DNA of 64,000 nucleotides from an uncultured Candidatus Rokubacteria bacterium (GTDB lineage Bacteria; Methylomirabilota; Methylomirabilia; Rokubacteriales; CSP1-6): assembly GCA_963789955.1 (NCBI GenBank), contig CAWBMV010000037.1, positions 64,001 to 128,000 on the forward strand, read 5' to 3'. Below the pieces are notes generated by a model. The model ran no database searches, was not told the origin of the DNA, and worked only from the letters and a program-made list of their open reading frames with translations. A program made the translations under genes and the position numbers. Within the stretch, counting starts at the first letter, position 1, and each line of letters opens with the position of its first letter. Shown here in pieces: positions 11,693 through 21,500 of the stretch.

Positions 11693-12585
11693 TCGCGCGG
11701 AACACGGTTCCGGCCGCGCGGAAAGTAGTTGTCGAGGAAGAGCGCCAGTTTCTTGCGCGTCGCCGGCGGGAAGGACGTCGGGTTGGTGATGACGGCGTTC
11801 TTGAGAAGGCTCGGGCACTCGCAGCCGCGCGGCGGCGCGATCGCGGGGATCACCCGGCGCAGGACGTCCTTGGCGGTCGCGACGTTCTTCAAGAGATTCT
11901 GGACGACCGCCTCGACCGAGACCGCTTCGTGCGTCTCGTGCCAGACGTCGTAGTCCGTGGCGAGCGCCAGGGTCGCGTAGCAAAGCTCGGCCTCTCGCGC
12001 GAGCTTCGCCTCGGGCATGTTGGTCATCCCGATGACGTCCACGCCCCAGCTCCGATAGATGCGCGACTCCGCCCTGGTCGAGAACTGCGGCCCCTCGATG
12101 CAGATGTAGGTGCCGCCGCGGTGCACGGTCGCGCTCGTCTGGCGCGCCGCCTTCTCGAGCGCGCCCGCGAGGTCGGGGCACACCGGCTCGGCCATGCCCA
12201 CGTGGGCGACGATGCCGTCGCCGAAGAACGAGGAGACGCGCCGCTTGGTCGCGTCGAAGAACTGGTCCGGGACGACGAGGTCGAGCGGCCGGATCGCTTC
12301 CTTCATGCTGCCGACCGCCGAGATCGAGATGACCCACTGCGCACCGAGGAAGCGAAACCCCCAGATGTTCGCGCGGAAGTTCAGCTCGCTCGGCGTCACC
12401 CGATGGCCGCGACCGTGCCGCGGCAGGAAGATCACCCGCTTGCCGGCGAACCGGCCGACACAGTACGCGTCCGACGGCGCGCCGAACGGCGTCTGGACCT
12501 TCTGCCACTTGACGTCGGTCAGCCCCTCGAGCTCGTAGAGGCCGCTTCCGCCGATGATGCCGATCGCGGGCTCGCTCGCCTTCAT
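11623..12585 (-). CDS. mtnP: S-methyl-5'-thioadenosine phosphorylase with repeat-derived C-terminal tail
   Basis: IGIIGGSGLY, FLPRHG, EGPQFSTRAES, IGMTNMPEAKLARE, ATDYDVW. Confidence 0.93.
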   Translation of the reverse strand: MKASEPAIGIIGGSGLYELEGLTDVKWQKVQTPFGAPSDAYCVGRFAGKRVIFLPRHGRGHRVTPSELNFRANIWGFRFLGAQWVISISAVGSMKEAIRPLDLVVPDQFFDATKRRVSSFFGDGIVAHVGMAEPVCPDLAGALEKAARQTSATVHRGGTYICIEGPQFSTRAESRIYRSWGVDVIGMTNMPEAKLAREAELCYATLALATDYDVWHETHEAVSVEAVVQNLLKNVATAKDVLRRVIPAIAPPRGCECPSLLKNAVITNPTSFPPATRKKLALFLDNYFPRGRNRVPRERSRRAPTAGHPRSRPASRTPLQ

Positions 12586-13916
12586 CGATCGCTCGGCCCC
12601 GCTTCGAGCTCGCCGATCGGCCGATCGTCCTGAACTCCGGTGACGCGAATCGTGGTGAGCGTCCGCACGAGCCGCGGCGGACCGGAGAAGACCGCCTCGA
12701 CGAAGTTGCCGGTGAGTCCCACGAGCCTGCCGGTGGCGCGGTCCGGGGTCTCGAGCACCAGCACGTCCTCGACGTGACCGATGAGTCCGCGCCGGAACGC
12801 GTCGCTCTTGGCGCGACCGATGTCTCTGAGGATAGCGCTGCGTCGCGTCGTCACGCGCGAATCAAGCTGGCCCGGGAGCCGGGTGGCCTCGGTGCCCGCG
12901 CGCGCCGAGTAGGGAAAGACGTGCAGGTACGAGAACGGCAAGTCGCGTACGTAGGCGACGGTCTCGGCGAACTCGGCCTCGGTCTCGCCCGGAAAGCCCG
13001 CGATGACGTCGGCGCCGAGACCGAGCCGCGGCCGCACGGCCGCCAGGCGCTCGACCAGGGCTCGGTACATCCGCGTGTTGTACGGACGCCGCATCGCCTT
13101 CAGCACCCGATCGCTCCCGCTCTGCAGCGGGATATGGAAGTGAGGCACCACGACCGGCGACGAGGTCGCGATCTCCAGCAGCTCCGGCGTGAAGTACGCC
13201 GGGAGCAGGGACGACAAGCGCACCCAGCGCAGGCCGGGGATGTCGCCGAGGGATCGCACCAGCTCCGCCAGGCTCGTGCGCGGGACGAGATCGGCGCCGT
13301 AGTGTCCGAGGTCCACGCCGGTCAGCACGATCTCCGGGTGTCCGGCCTCGACGAGCTGACGGGCCTGATCGAGGACGACCTTGGGCTCGAGACTGCGACT
13401 GGAGCCGCGCGCCAGCGGCACGACACAGAACGCGCAGCGATGCTGGCAGCCGTCCTGAACCTTCAGGAACGCGCGCGACCGGCCGCCGAGCCGAGCGGCG
13501 GGTGTCACCTCGACCGCCCGCACCTCGCCGATATCCGAGACCTGCACACGCTCGGCACCGACTCGGTCGAGCAGCTCGGGCAGGCGATGCTTGTCCGCGT
13601 TGCCGACCACGAGATCGACGTCCGCCAGGCCGGCGACCTCACCCGGGCTCGTCTGCGCCCAGCAACCGGTCACGACCAGCTTCGCCCGCGGACTCACCCG
13701 TGCGGCGCGGCGGATGGTCCGGCGGTCCGACAGCTCGGCGCGCGCGGTGACCGTGCACGTGTTGACGACGACCACGTCCGCGGGCTCGTCGAAGCCGACG
13801 GTGCGGAACCCGCGCGCTTCGAGCATGGTCTGGATCTGCTGCGTGTCGACCTGGTTGAGCCGGCAGCCGAGGGTCGCGAACGAGACGGTCCGGGCCGCGT
13901 TCACCTCAGCTGGCAC
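12582..13916 (-). CDS. mtaB: tRNA t6A37 methylthiotransferase MtaB
   Basis: TLGCRLNQ, NTCTVT, VTGCWAQ, KVQDGCQHRCAFC, HIPLQSGS, GFPGET. Confidence 0.92.
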   Translation of the reverse strand: MPAEVNAARTVSFATLGCRLNQVDTQQIQTMLEARGFRTVGFDEPADVVVVNTCTVTARAELSDRRTIRRAARVSPRAKLVVTGCWAQTSPGEVAGLADVDLVVGNADKHRLPELLDRVGAERVQVSDIGEVRAVEVTPAARLGGRSRAFLKVQDGCQHRCAFCVVPLARGSSRSLEPKVVLDQARQLVEAGHPEIVLTGVDLGHYGADLVPRTSLAELVRSLGDIPGLRWVRLSSLLPAYFTPELLEIATSSPVVVPHFHIPLQSGSDRVLKAMRRPYNTRMYRALVERLAAVRPRLGLGADVIAGFPGETEAEFAETVAYVRDLPFSYLHVFPYSARAGTEATRLPGQLDSRVTTRRSAILRDIGRAKSDAFRRGLIGHVEDVLVLETPDRATGRLVGLTGNFVEAVFSGPPRLVRTLTTIRVTGVQDDRPIGELEAGPSDR

Positions 13917-14961
13917 TCGCGCTCGCCACCGCCGACGGCTCCCGGAGCTGACCGCAGGCGGCTCCGATGTCCTCGCCCTTGCTCCACCGCACCGTCGTCG
14001 TGAGGCCGGCGTCCAGCAAGACCGACTGAAACGCGAGGATCCGGGCGAGTGGCGGCCGCCGGAACCGCGCGCCCTCCCAGTCGTTGAACGGGATCAGGTT
14101 GACCTTGGCCTTGACGCCGCGAAGCAGCCGCACCAGACGCTGGGCATCGTCGACCGTATCGTTGACGTCCTCGAGCATGACGTACTCGAAGAACACGCGC
14201 TGGCGCGAGGCGAGCGGGTATCGCTTCACGGCGCCCATCAGCGCGGCGAGATCGAAGGACCGGTTCACGGGCATGAGCCGCCCGCGAACGTCGTCGGTCG
14301 TCGCGTGAAGCGAGATCGCCAGATTCACTTTCAGATCCTCGCGGCCGAGCTTGTCGATCCCGGGCACGAGCCCGACCGTCGAGACCGTGATCCGGCGAGG
14401 CGAGTAGCCGACGCCGAGCTTCGGGTCGATGAGGATCCTGATCGCCTTGACCAGCGCCGCGTAGTTCGCGAGCGGCTCGCCCATGCCCATGAAGACGATG
14501 TGCGTCGCCCGCCGGCCTTCTTCGAGAAGACGGTTGGCCGCGATGATCTGGCCGACGATCTCGCCCGCGGTCAGATTGCGCTCGAGCCCCATGACGCCCG
14601 TCAGGCAAAAGCCGCACGCGAAACCGCAGCCGACCTGCGTCGACACGCACAGGGTGATCCGCTCGTCGTCCGGCATCAGCACCGAGCTGATCCGGCTCCC
14701 GCCGTCCAGCACGTAGACCAGCTTGCGGCTCCCGTCCGCCGACGGCATCTCGCGCTCGAGCTCGGCCACCTCGACCACGGCCCGCTCGGCGAGCGCCTGG
14801 CGGAAGTCCTTCGGCAGGTCGCTCATGGCGTCCAGATCGAAGACCGACTTGCGATACATCCAGGTCGCGAGCTGGCGGCCGCGATAGCGCGACGCGCCGA
14901 GCTCGACGGCGAGGTCCTCGAGCTCGGAAGGCAATAGCCCGACGAGGTTTACGCGCGACAT
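13906..14961 (-). CDS. rlmN: 23S rRNA A2503/tRNA A37 C2-methyltransferase RlmN
   Basis: CVSTQVGCGFACGFC, FMGMGEP, SLHA, NLIPFN, DIGAACGQL. Confidence 0.96.
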   Translation of the reverse strand: MSRVNLVGLLPSELEDLAVELGASRYRGRQLATWMYRKSVFDLDAMSDLPKDFRQALAERAVVEVAELEREMPSADGSRKLVYVLDGGSRISSVLMPDDERITLCVSTQVGCGFACGFCLTGVMGLERNLTAGEIVGQIIAANRLLEEGRRATHIVFMGMGEPLANYAALVKAIRILIDPKLGVGYSPRRITVSTVGLVPGIDKLGREDLKVNLAISLHATTDDVRGRLMPVNRSFDLAALMGAVKRYPLASRQRVFFEYVMLEDVNDTVDDAQRLVRLLRGVKAKVNLIPFNDWEGARFRRPPLARILAFQSVLLDAGLTTTVRWSKGEDIGAACGQLREPSAVASASAS

Positions 14962-15109
14962 GAAGTGGAGGATATCACGGCCATCGCGGCGGAGCTTTTG
15001 CCGCAGCCGCGTGCAGACGGTTGTCCACCAATACTGTGGCCGAGTCGTGGATAACCGTGTGCGTGGCGGGTTCGCGCGAGCGGCTTTTCAGCCGCTTAGA
15101 CCACCTCGC

Positions 15110-17062
15110 TCATTCGATGAGCACGTCCGACCCGGACAGCAGCGACGTCGATCTGACGGGGGAGCCCGAAGAGCCTGAGCCGGTCGCCCCGGCGCAGCAC
15201 CGTGTCGGCAGTCGGATCCGCCACCACCTCACCGGTCGCGCGAGTCACGCTGACGACGGTGACCCCGAAACGCTCGCGCATCCGCGCTTCGCCCAGCGAC
15301 TGGTCCATGAGGTGGCCGCCCCGGAGACTGATCTCACGAAGCTGCGGCAGCCCCGTCCCCGCCTCCTCGGCCTTGGACGCGCTCCATCGTGCCGCGATAG
15401 CGGTTGAGATACGCCAGCACGCGCTCGCGCGGCAGCGAGAGCCGCTCGAGGGCGTGACGGATCAGGGTCGACGCCGCCTCTTCCTCCGGCTGGATCACCT
15501 CGGCGGCGCCTGCCTCGAGGAGCCGGGCGCGCCAGGCGAGATCGTACACGCGCGCCAGGATCTGGACGGTCGGGTTGAAGGCGCGAATGCGGCGCACGGC
15601 CTGCCGGGCGCGATCGTTCTCCGGAATCGCCAGGATCACGAGCGCGGCGTGGTTGGCCTGGGCGGCCGCCAGGATGACCCGCTGTGCCGCGTCGCCGAAC
15701 ACGGCGGGCACGTTCCGGGCGCGCAGGCTCTTCACGATGTCCGGATCGCTCTCGATCGCGATGTAGGGCACGCCGAACGTCTCGAGCGCCTCACCGATCG
15801 CGCTGCCCACGCGGCCGAATCCGCACAGGACGACGTGGCCCTCGAGCGCTCCGCACCGACGGCAGCCCGAGCGCCGGCGCCCGGCGCTGGTCGAATCGTG
15901 CCGGACCGATCCAGCGCGGGACCATCCGGACGAGCGCCGCGTTGATCAAGATCGTCACGAGCGAGGCGGCCAGGGTGGCGCTGTAGACGTCCGCGCCGAC
16001 GTGGCCGGCCTGGCGCGCCACCTGCACCAGGATGAACGAGAACTCGCCGATCTGGGCCAGGCCGACGCCCACCAGGATCGCCGTCGACAGCGGCTCCCGG
16101 AAGATCAGGCTCACCACCGTCCAGATCGCCCACTGGCCGATCACGACCAGCCCGACCAGCACACCGAGCAGCGGGAGGTTGTCGACCGACCACGCGCAGG
16201 TCGATGAGGACGCCGACGGTCACGAAGAAGAGCGCGACGAACGCGTCGCGCAGCGGACAGCATGCGGGCGAGCATCTCGTGGGCGTAGTCGGACTGGTTG
16301 ATGAGGAGCCCGGCCAGGAACGCGCCGAGCGCCAGCGAGAGACCGACCGCCTGCGTGACCGCGGCCGCACCGAGCCCGACCGCGAGCGTCACGAGCAGGA
16401 AGAGCTCTTCGTTCCGCGTGCGCGCCACGCGCGCCAGCACTTGCGGGAGGATGCGCGAGGCGAGGTAGAAGAACGGCACCAGGATCGCGGCCGCCGTCAG
16501 CAAGGCCTTCGCGACCGCCAGGACCCGGTCGCCCTGCAAGGTCCCGAGCGCCGGGATCAGAATGATCAGGACGACGGCGGCCAGGTCCTCGACGAGCGTG
16601 ATCCCGATCATGATGCGGCCGTGGCGGCTGTGGAGCTCGCCGCGATCCAGGAGCAATCGCGCGAGCACCATCGTGCTGGCCGGCGAGACGACCATGCCGA
16701 TGACCGCGCCCGTGACCGGGCTCCAGCCGAGCAGGCTGCCGACGACGACGCCCATGGCCGTCGACAGGACGATGCCGATCGGGCCGCCGACGAGCGCGAT
16801 CCACTTCACGCCCATCAGGTCCTTGAGCGAGAACTCGATCCCGAGCGAGAACATGAGCAGCACGACGCCGATCTCCGCGAAGAGCTCGAACGTGTGGATG
16901 TCGGAGACGGAGGGCCCGGGCGTCAACGGGCTGATGAGAAGCCCGCCGATGACGTAGCCGAGAATCAGCGGCTGACGCGCCAGCCACGCGAGCGACCCGC
17001 CGAGGATCGCGGCCACGAAGACGTAGGCGAGGTCTCGTGAAGAGGATGGGATCGGCGTTCAC
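15110..17062 (-). CDS. CPA2-family cation:proton antiporter with TrkA_N and TrkA_C domains, several frameshifts
   Basis: AEIGVVLLMFSLGIEFS, LGAFLAG, LAQIGEFSF, CGFGRVG, VFGDAA, and RERFGVTVVSV across frames; 3' end approximate. Confidence 0.85.
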
Positions 17063-18319
17063 GCGCTCACCGCCAGATACAGATCGAGCAGGTTCGTCCG
17101 AGTCGGCCCGGAGACCACCAGGTCACCGCTCGCCCGCAGAAACGCATACGCGTCATTGTCGCCGAGCGCGCGCCGGGCGTCCGCTCCGGCGGCGGCGCCA
17201 CGCTCGAGGCTGCCGGCGTCCACGATCGCGCCCGTCGCGTCGGTCGGGCCGTCGGTCCCGTCGGTGCCGGCGGCGAGGATGGTGATGCGGTCGGACGGCC
17301 GGAGCTCGAGCGCCGCGGCGAGCGCGAACTCCTGGCAGCGCCCGCCCTTCCCCTTTCCCCGGACGGTCACGGTCGTCTCGCCGCCGGCGACGAGGCACGC
17401 GGGCGGCGCGAGCCCGCGCGCGCGCGCGACGAAATCCCGCGCGACGTCGCGGGCCTCGCCCTGAAGCTCGCGCGTCATGAAGTCGGTCCGAAAGCCCAGG
17501 CGCCTCGCCGTCGCGACCGCCGCGTCGGTGACGAGCGCGTTGTTGCCGATGACGACGTTCTCGACGCGGTCGAAGAGCGGATCATGCGGCTTCGGCGTCT
17601 CCGCGATCTCACCCGCGCGGCCGGCCTCGAGCCGCCGCATGATCGCGCTCGGCGACGCGCGCCGCGACACCGCGCCGCGCGAGCACCTCGAGCGCGTCGG
17701 CGAACGTGCTCGGGTCGGGCGCCGTCGGCCCGGAGGCGATCACGTCGAGCGGGTCGCCGATCACGTCCGACAGCGCGAGCGTGAGCACCGTGGCCGGCCA
17801 GGCGGCGCGGGCGAGCTGACCGCCCTTGAAGAGCGACAGATGCTTGCGCACGGCGTTGAGCTCGCCGATGGTCGCGCCGGAGGCCAGGAGAAGGCGCGTG
17901 AGCTCCTGCTTCTCGGCGAGCGTGATCGGCGGCGCCGGCGCCGGCGTCAACGCGGAGCCGCCGCCCGAGACGAGGAACAGGACCAGGTCGTTCTCACCCG
18001 CGCGTCGCGCGACTTCGAGGAGCCGGGCCGAGGCCGCCAGCCCGCGCGCGTCGGGCACCGGATGGCCCGCTTCGGCGATGTCGACGCGCCGCAGGGGTGC
18101 CGCGTAGCCGTCCTTGACGACGACGAAGCCGCCCGCGACCCGATCACCGACGACCTCTTCGGCCGCGGCCGCCATCGCGCCGCTGGCCTTGCCGGCGCCG
18201 AGGAGAAAGACGCGCGCGTGGCGGCGATCGAGGCGAAGGTGGGATCGGACGAGCGGCGTCACGTCGCCCGCCGCCAGCGCCGCGTCCCAGATGGCGCGTA
18301 GGGCGTCGCGCGGGGTCAC
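17059..18319 (-). CDS. Glycerate 2-kinase (GckA/TtuD, MOFRL family), frameshift near 17665
   Basis: GAGKAS, EAGHPVPD, SGGGSAL, RKHLSLFKGG, IASGPT, GGETTV, GTDGTDG, GPTRTN. Confidence 0.9.
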
Positions 18320-19482
18320 GAGCCGAGCTTGAGGAGACGCTCTCCCGCATCCCGAAGCATGTCGTCGGTCTTCGGGAAGCAGAACCGGATCTTGGTGCGA
18401 CCGAGCTCGGTGTGGGCGTAGAACGACGAGCCCGGCACGGTCGCCACGCCCACGTTCTTGATGAGCCACATCGCGAACGCGGTGTCGTCGGGGACGTCGT
18501 ACCGCTTCATGAAGTGGGCGACGTCCGTCAGGATGTAGTAAGCGCCCCGCGGCTTCCACGCCACGAACCCGGCCTTCTCGATGTAGCCCCACAGGAGGTC
18601 GCGGCGCGCCTGGTAGGCCTCGCGAAGGCGGACGTAGTAGGAATCGGGCAGTCCGAGCGCCGTGACCGCCGCCTCCTGCAACGGATGCGGCGCGCCGACC
18701 GTCACGAAGTCGTGAGCGCGCCGGATGCCGATCGCCAGCTCGGGCGGCGCGATCGCGTAGCCGACCCGCCAGCCCGTCACCGAGTACGACTTCGAGATGC
18801 CGGAGATCGTGATGGTGCGCTCGGCCATGCCGGGCAAGGTGGCGATCGGCGTGTGGCCGAGACCGTCGTAGACGATGTGCTCGTAGATCTCGTCGGTGAT
18901 GGCCAGCAGATCGTGCTCGAGACAGAGATCCGCGATGATCTGGAGCTCCTGCCGCGAGAAGACTTTGCCCGTCGGATTGTTCGGGCTGTTGAAGATGATC
19001 GCGCGCGTGCGGGGCGTCACGGCCCGGCGCAGCCGATCAGGATCGAACGTGAAGTCCGGCGGCTCGAGCGGCACGAAGCAGGGCTGGGCGCCCGAGATGA
19101 TGCAGCCCGGTCCGTAGTTCTCGTAGAACGGCTCGAAGATGATGACCTCGTCGCCCGGGTTCAGCACGGCCAGCAGGGTCGACAGCATGGTCTCGGTCGA
19201 GCCGCAGCAGATCGTCACGTGACGGTCGGGCTCGACCTCCATGCGGTAGAACTTGCGGTACTTCTCGGCGATCGCCTGCCGCAGGCGCGGCGTGCCCCAC
19301 GTGATCGCGTACTGGTGGAAGTCGCCGTCGATCGCGCGGTGCGCCGCCTCGATGAGCTCGGGCGGCGGCGGGAAGTTCGGCATGCCCTGCGCCAGGTTCA
19401 CGCCGCCGAGCTGGTCGACGACGCGGGTCATCTCGCGGATGACCGACTCGGTGAACCCCTGAACGCGGCGGGAGATCTGCAT
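18316..19482 (-). CDS. PLP-dependent aminotransferase class I/II (YbdL/MtnE-like); in-frame upstream ATG at 19590
   Basis: NLAQGMP, NSPNNPTGKV, DEIYEH, SKSYSVTGWRVGY, RFCFPK. Confidence 0.9.
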   Translation of the reverse strand: MQISRRVQGFTESVIREMTRVVDQLGGVNLAQGMPNFPPPPELIEAAHRAIDGDFHQYAITWGTPRLRQAIAEKYRKFYRMEVEPDRHVTICCGSTETMLSTLLAVLNPGDEVIIFEPFYENYGPGCIISGAQPCFVPLEPPDFTFDPDRLRRAVTPRTRAIIFNSPNNPTGKVFSRQELQIIADLCLEHDLLAITDEIYEHIVYDGLGHTPIATLPGMAERTITISGISKSYSVTGWRVGYAIAPPELAIGIRRAHDFVTVGAPHPLQEAAVTALGLPDSYYVRLREAYQARRDLLWGYIEKAGFVAWKPRGAYYILTDVAHFMKRYDVPDDTAFAMWLIKNVGVATVPGSSFYAHTELGRTKIRFCFPKTDDMLRDAGERLLKLGS

Positions 19483-19489
19483 TGGATCA

Positions 19490-19575
19490 GATGGGGGGCC
19501 GCGACGGGCCCCCCAAGCCCCCCGCGCTCGGAGGCGCCCCGGCGTCGCCGGGGCGCTCCTCGAGGTCGCTTCCTG
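19490..19575. repeat. GC-rich palindromic REP-like intergenic element
   Basis: Two adjacent hairpins: GGGGGGCC-GCGACG-GGCCCCCC and GCGCCCCGGC-GTC-GCCGGGGCGC. Confidence 0.55.
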
Positions 19576-19589
19576 GGGCCGCGCTGTCA

Positions 19590-19832
19590 TTACGGGACGA
19601 TGACGTCACGCTCGATCGGGTCGACCTGGACGCCCTTGTCCTTGAGCCACGCGACGCCGCGCTCGAGCACCCGCTCGTCGCCTTCCAGCTCCAGCGCCAT
19701 CCAGCCGTGGTCGGCCTTCACGTCGGCGCGGCGGATGTTGATGACGATGTCGAAGTCCTTCACGAGCCGGTAGACGATCGGCTCCTGGATGAGCGCCGAG
19801 GGGAAGGTCAGGCGGACACGCATTCGGGCCAT
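19590..19832 (-). CDS. Stand-alone NIL-domain protein
   Basis: RVRLTFP...EPIVYRLVKDFDIVINIRRADV...GWMALELEG; 80 aa. Confidence 0.85.
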   Translation of the reverse strand: MARMRVRLTFPSALIQEPIVYRLVKDFDIVINIRRADVKADHGWMALELEGDERVLERGVAWLKDKGVQVDPIERDVIVP

Positions 19833-19849
19833 CGTGAGCACCGAGCGCG

Positions 19850-20125
19850 CTACCCTCCCGCGATCGCGGGAACGATCGACACTTCGTCACCGTCCTTCAG
19901 CGCGGTCTTCTTGGCCTGGAGGAACCGGATGTCCTCCTGGTTGACGTAGATATTGATGAAGCGGCGCAGCTCCCCGGCCTCGTCGAGCAGGCGGTCCTTC
20001 AGGCCCGGGTACTGCCGCTCGAGATCTCCGATGAGGCTGTCGACCGTCTCGCCCTTGGCCTGGATCTCGGCGCTGCCCTTCGTCAGGGTGCGCAATGGGG
20101 TGGGAATCCGTACGAGCACCGGCAT
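19850..20125 (-). CDS. MoaD/ThiS/CysO-family ubiquitin-like sulfur carrier
   Basis: VRIPTPLR, RRFINIYVNQEDIR, C-terminal PAIAGG. Confidence 0.92.
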   Translation of the reverse strand: MPVLVRIPTPLRTLTKGSAEIQAKGETVDSLIGDLERQYPGLKDRLLDEAGELRRFINIYVNQEDIRFLQAKKTALKDGDEVSIVPAIAGG

Positions 20126-20136
20126 TCGAGTTCCTC

Positions 20137-21384
20137 CTACGACGTTTGGGACTTGAGATCGGCCAGCGCGCGGTCGAAGGCCGACAGCGACGGCTTGATC
20201 TTCACGTGGACATTCAGGCGTTCCTGCAGCGAGTCCGGCGTCTTCAGGCCGTTGCCCGTGACGCAGATCACGATCGACTCGTCACGCGGGATGACGCCGC
20301 GCTCGATCAGCTTCTTGGTCGCGGCGACGGTCACGCCGCCGGCGGTCTCGGTGAAGATCCCCTCGGTCCGCGCCAGCAGGAGCATCCCCTCGACGATCTC
20401 CTCGTCGGTGGCGTGCTCGCCGGAGCCGCCCGACTCCTTGGCGACCTTGTAGGCGTAGTAGCCGTCGGCCGGGTTGCCGATCGCCAGCGACTTCGCGATC
20501 GTGTTGGGGCGCACCGGCACCAGGACGTCGGTGTCGTTCTTGATCATGGTGACGATGGGCCCGCAGCCGAGCGCCTGCGCCGCGTACATCTTCGTGCCGC
20601 GGTCGCCCTCGATGAGGCCGAGGGTCTTCAGCTCCTTGATCGCCTTGCAGATCTTCGTGATCAGCGAGCCGCCGGCACAGGGCACGACGATGTGCGCCGG
20701 GGTCTTCCACCCGAGCTGCTCGACGATCTCGTAGCCGTAGCTCTTCGAGCCCTCGGAATAGTACGGACGAAAATTCACGTTCACGAACGCCCAGCGGTAC
20801 TTGTCGGCGATCTCGGAGCAGAGCCGGTTCACCTCGTCGTAGGTGCCGTGCACCGCGACGAGGGTCGGGTTGTAGACCAAGGTGGCGAGCACCTTGCCCT
20901 GCTCGAGGTCGGCCGGGATGAAGATGTACGACTTCAGCCGGCCCTCGGCGGCGTGGGCGGCGACCGAGTTGGCCAGGTTGCCGGTCGAGGCGCAGGCCAC
21001 GGTGTCGAAGCCGAACTCGCGCGCCTTCGTGACCGCGACCGACACCACGCGATCCTTGAACGACCACGTGGGGTGGCAGACCGAGTCGTTCTTCACCCAG
21101 ATCTCGCGGCAGCCGAGCTCGTCGGCGAGGTTCTGCGCGCGGATCAGCGGCGTGAAGCCGACGTGGTGGCCGACGGCCACGTCGCCGTCGACCGGCAAGA
21201 GGTCCTTGTACCGCCACATGCTCGGCGGCCCGGCGGCGATCGACTCGCGCGTGACGACGCCCTTCAGCGCGTCGTACCGATAGTCGACCTCGAGGGGACC
21301 GAAACAGAACTCGCACACGTGGATGGGCGCCGCCGGGTAGTGGCGGCCGCACTCGCGACATCGCAGACCGTTCAGCTTTTCCAT
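20137..21384 (-). CDS. thrC: Threonine synthase-like PLP enzyme (fold type II)
   Basis: N-terminal CRECG...CEFCFG, PTWSFKDR, ASTGNLA, EGSKS, ETAGGV, TGNGLK. Confidence 0.85.
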   Translation of the reverse strand: MEKLNGLRCRECGRHYPAAPIHVCEFCFGPLEVDYRYDALKGVVTRESIAAGPPSMWRYKDLLPVDGDVAVGHHVGFTPLIRAQNLADELGCREIWVKNDSVCHPTWSFKDRVVSVAVTKAREFGFDTVACASTGNLANSVAAHAAEGRLKSYIFIPADLEQGKVLATLVYNPTLVAVHGTYDEVNRLCSEIADKYRWAFVNVNFRPYYSEGSKSYGYEIVEQLGWKTPAHIVVPCAGGSLITKICKAIKELKTLGLIEGDRGTKMYAAQALGCGPIVTMIKNDTDVLVPVRPNTIAKSLAIGNPADGYYAYKVAKESGGSGEHATDEEIVEGMLLLARTEGIFTETAGGVTVAATKKLIERGVIPRDESIVICVTGNGLKTPDSLQERLNVHVKIKPSLSAFDRALADLKSQTS

Positions 21385-21450
21385 TTAAGTCTCCATCGGT
21401 AGGGGAATTGAGCCCCGAGTTTTGCTGCACCGACAGCAAGACATTTGCAT

Positions 21451-21480
21451 CACTTAACACTCAACTTCGCGTCCTGTCAA
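21451..21480 (-). promoter_or_regulatory. Candidate sigma70 promoter for the thrC-like operon
   Basis: TTGACA (21480-21475) followed after 17-18 nt by TTAAGTG in an AT-rich intergenic region. Confidence 0.4.
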
Positions 21481-21500
21481 TTGAAGTATGATCCGGTCCG

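Noticed and set aside
15021..15054. DnaA-box-like sites (TTGTCCACC; TTATCCACG on the minus strand) as a replication origin
   Set aside because: Only two imperfect boxes, no AT-rich unwinding element and no dnaA/dnaN nearby; at most a local regulatory site.
21385..21500. SAM riboswitch or T-box upstream of the thrC-like operon
   Set aside because: The leader is too short and has no SAM-I core motifs; only a small TTGCTG/CAGCAA hairpin is present.
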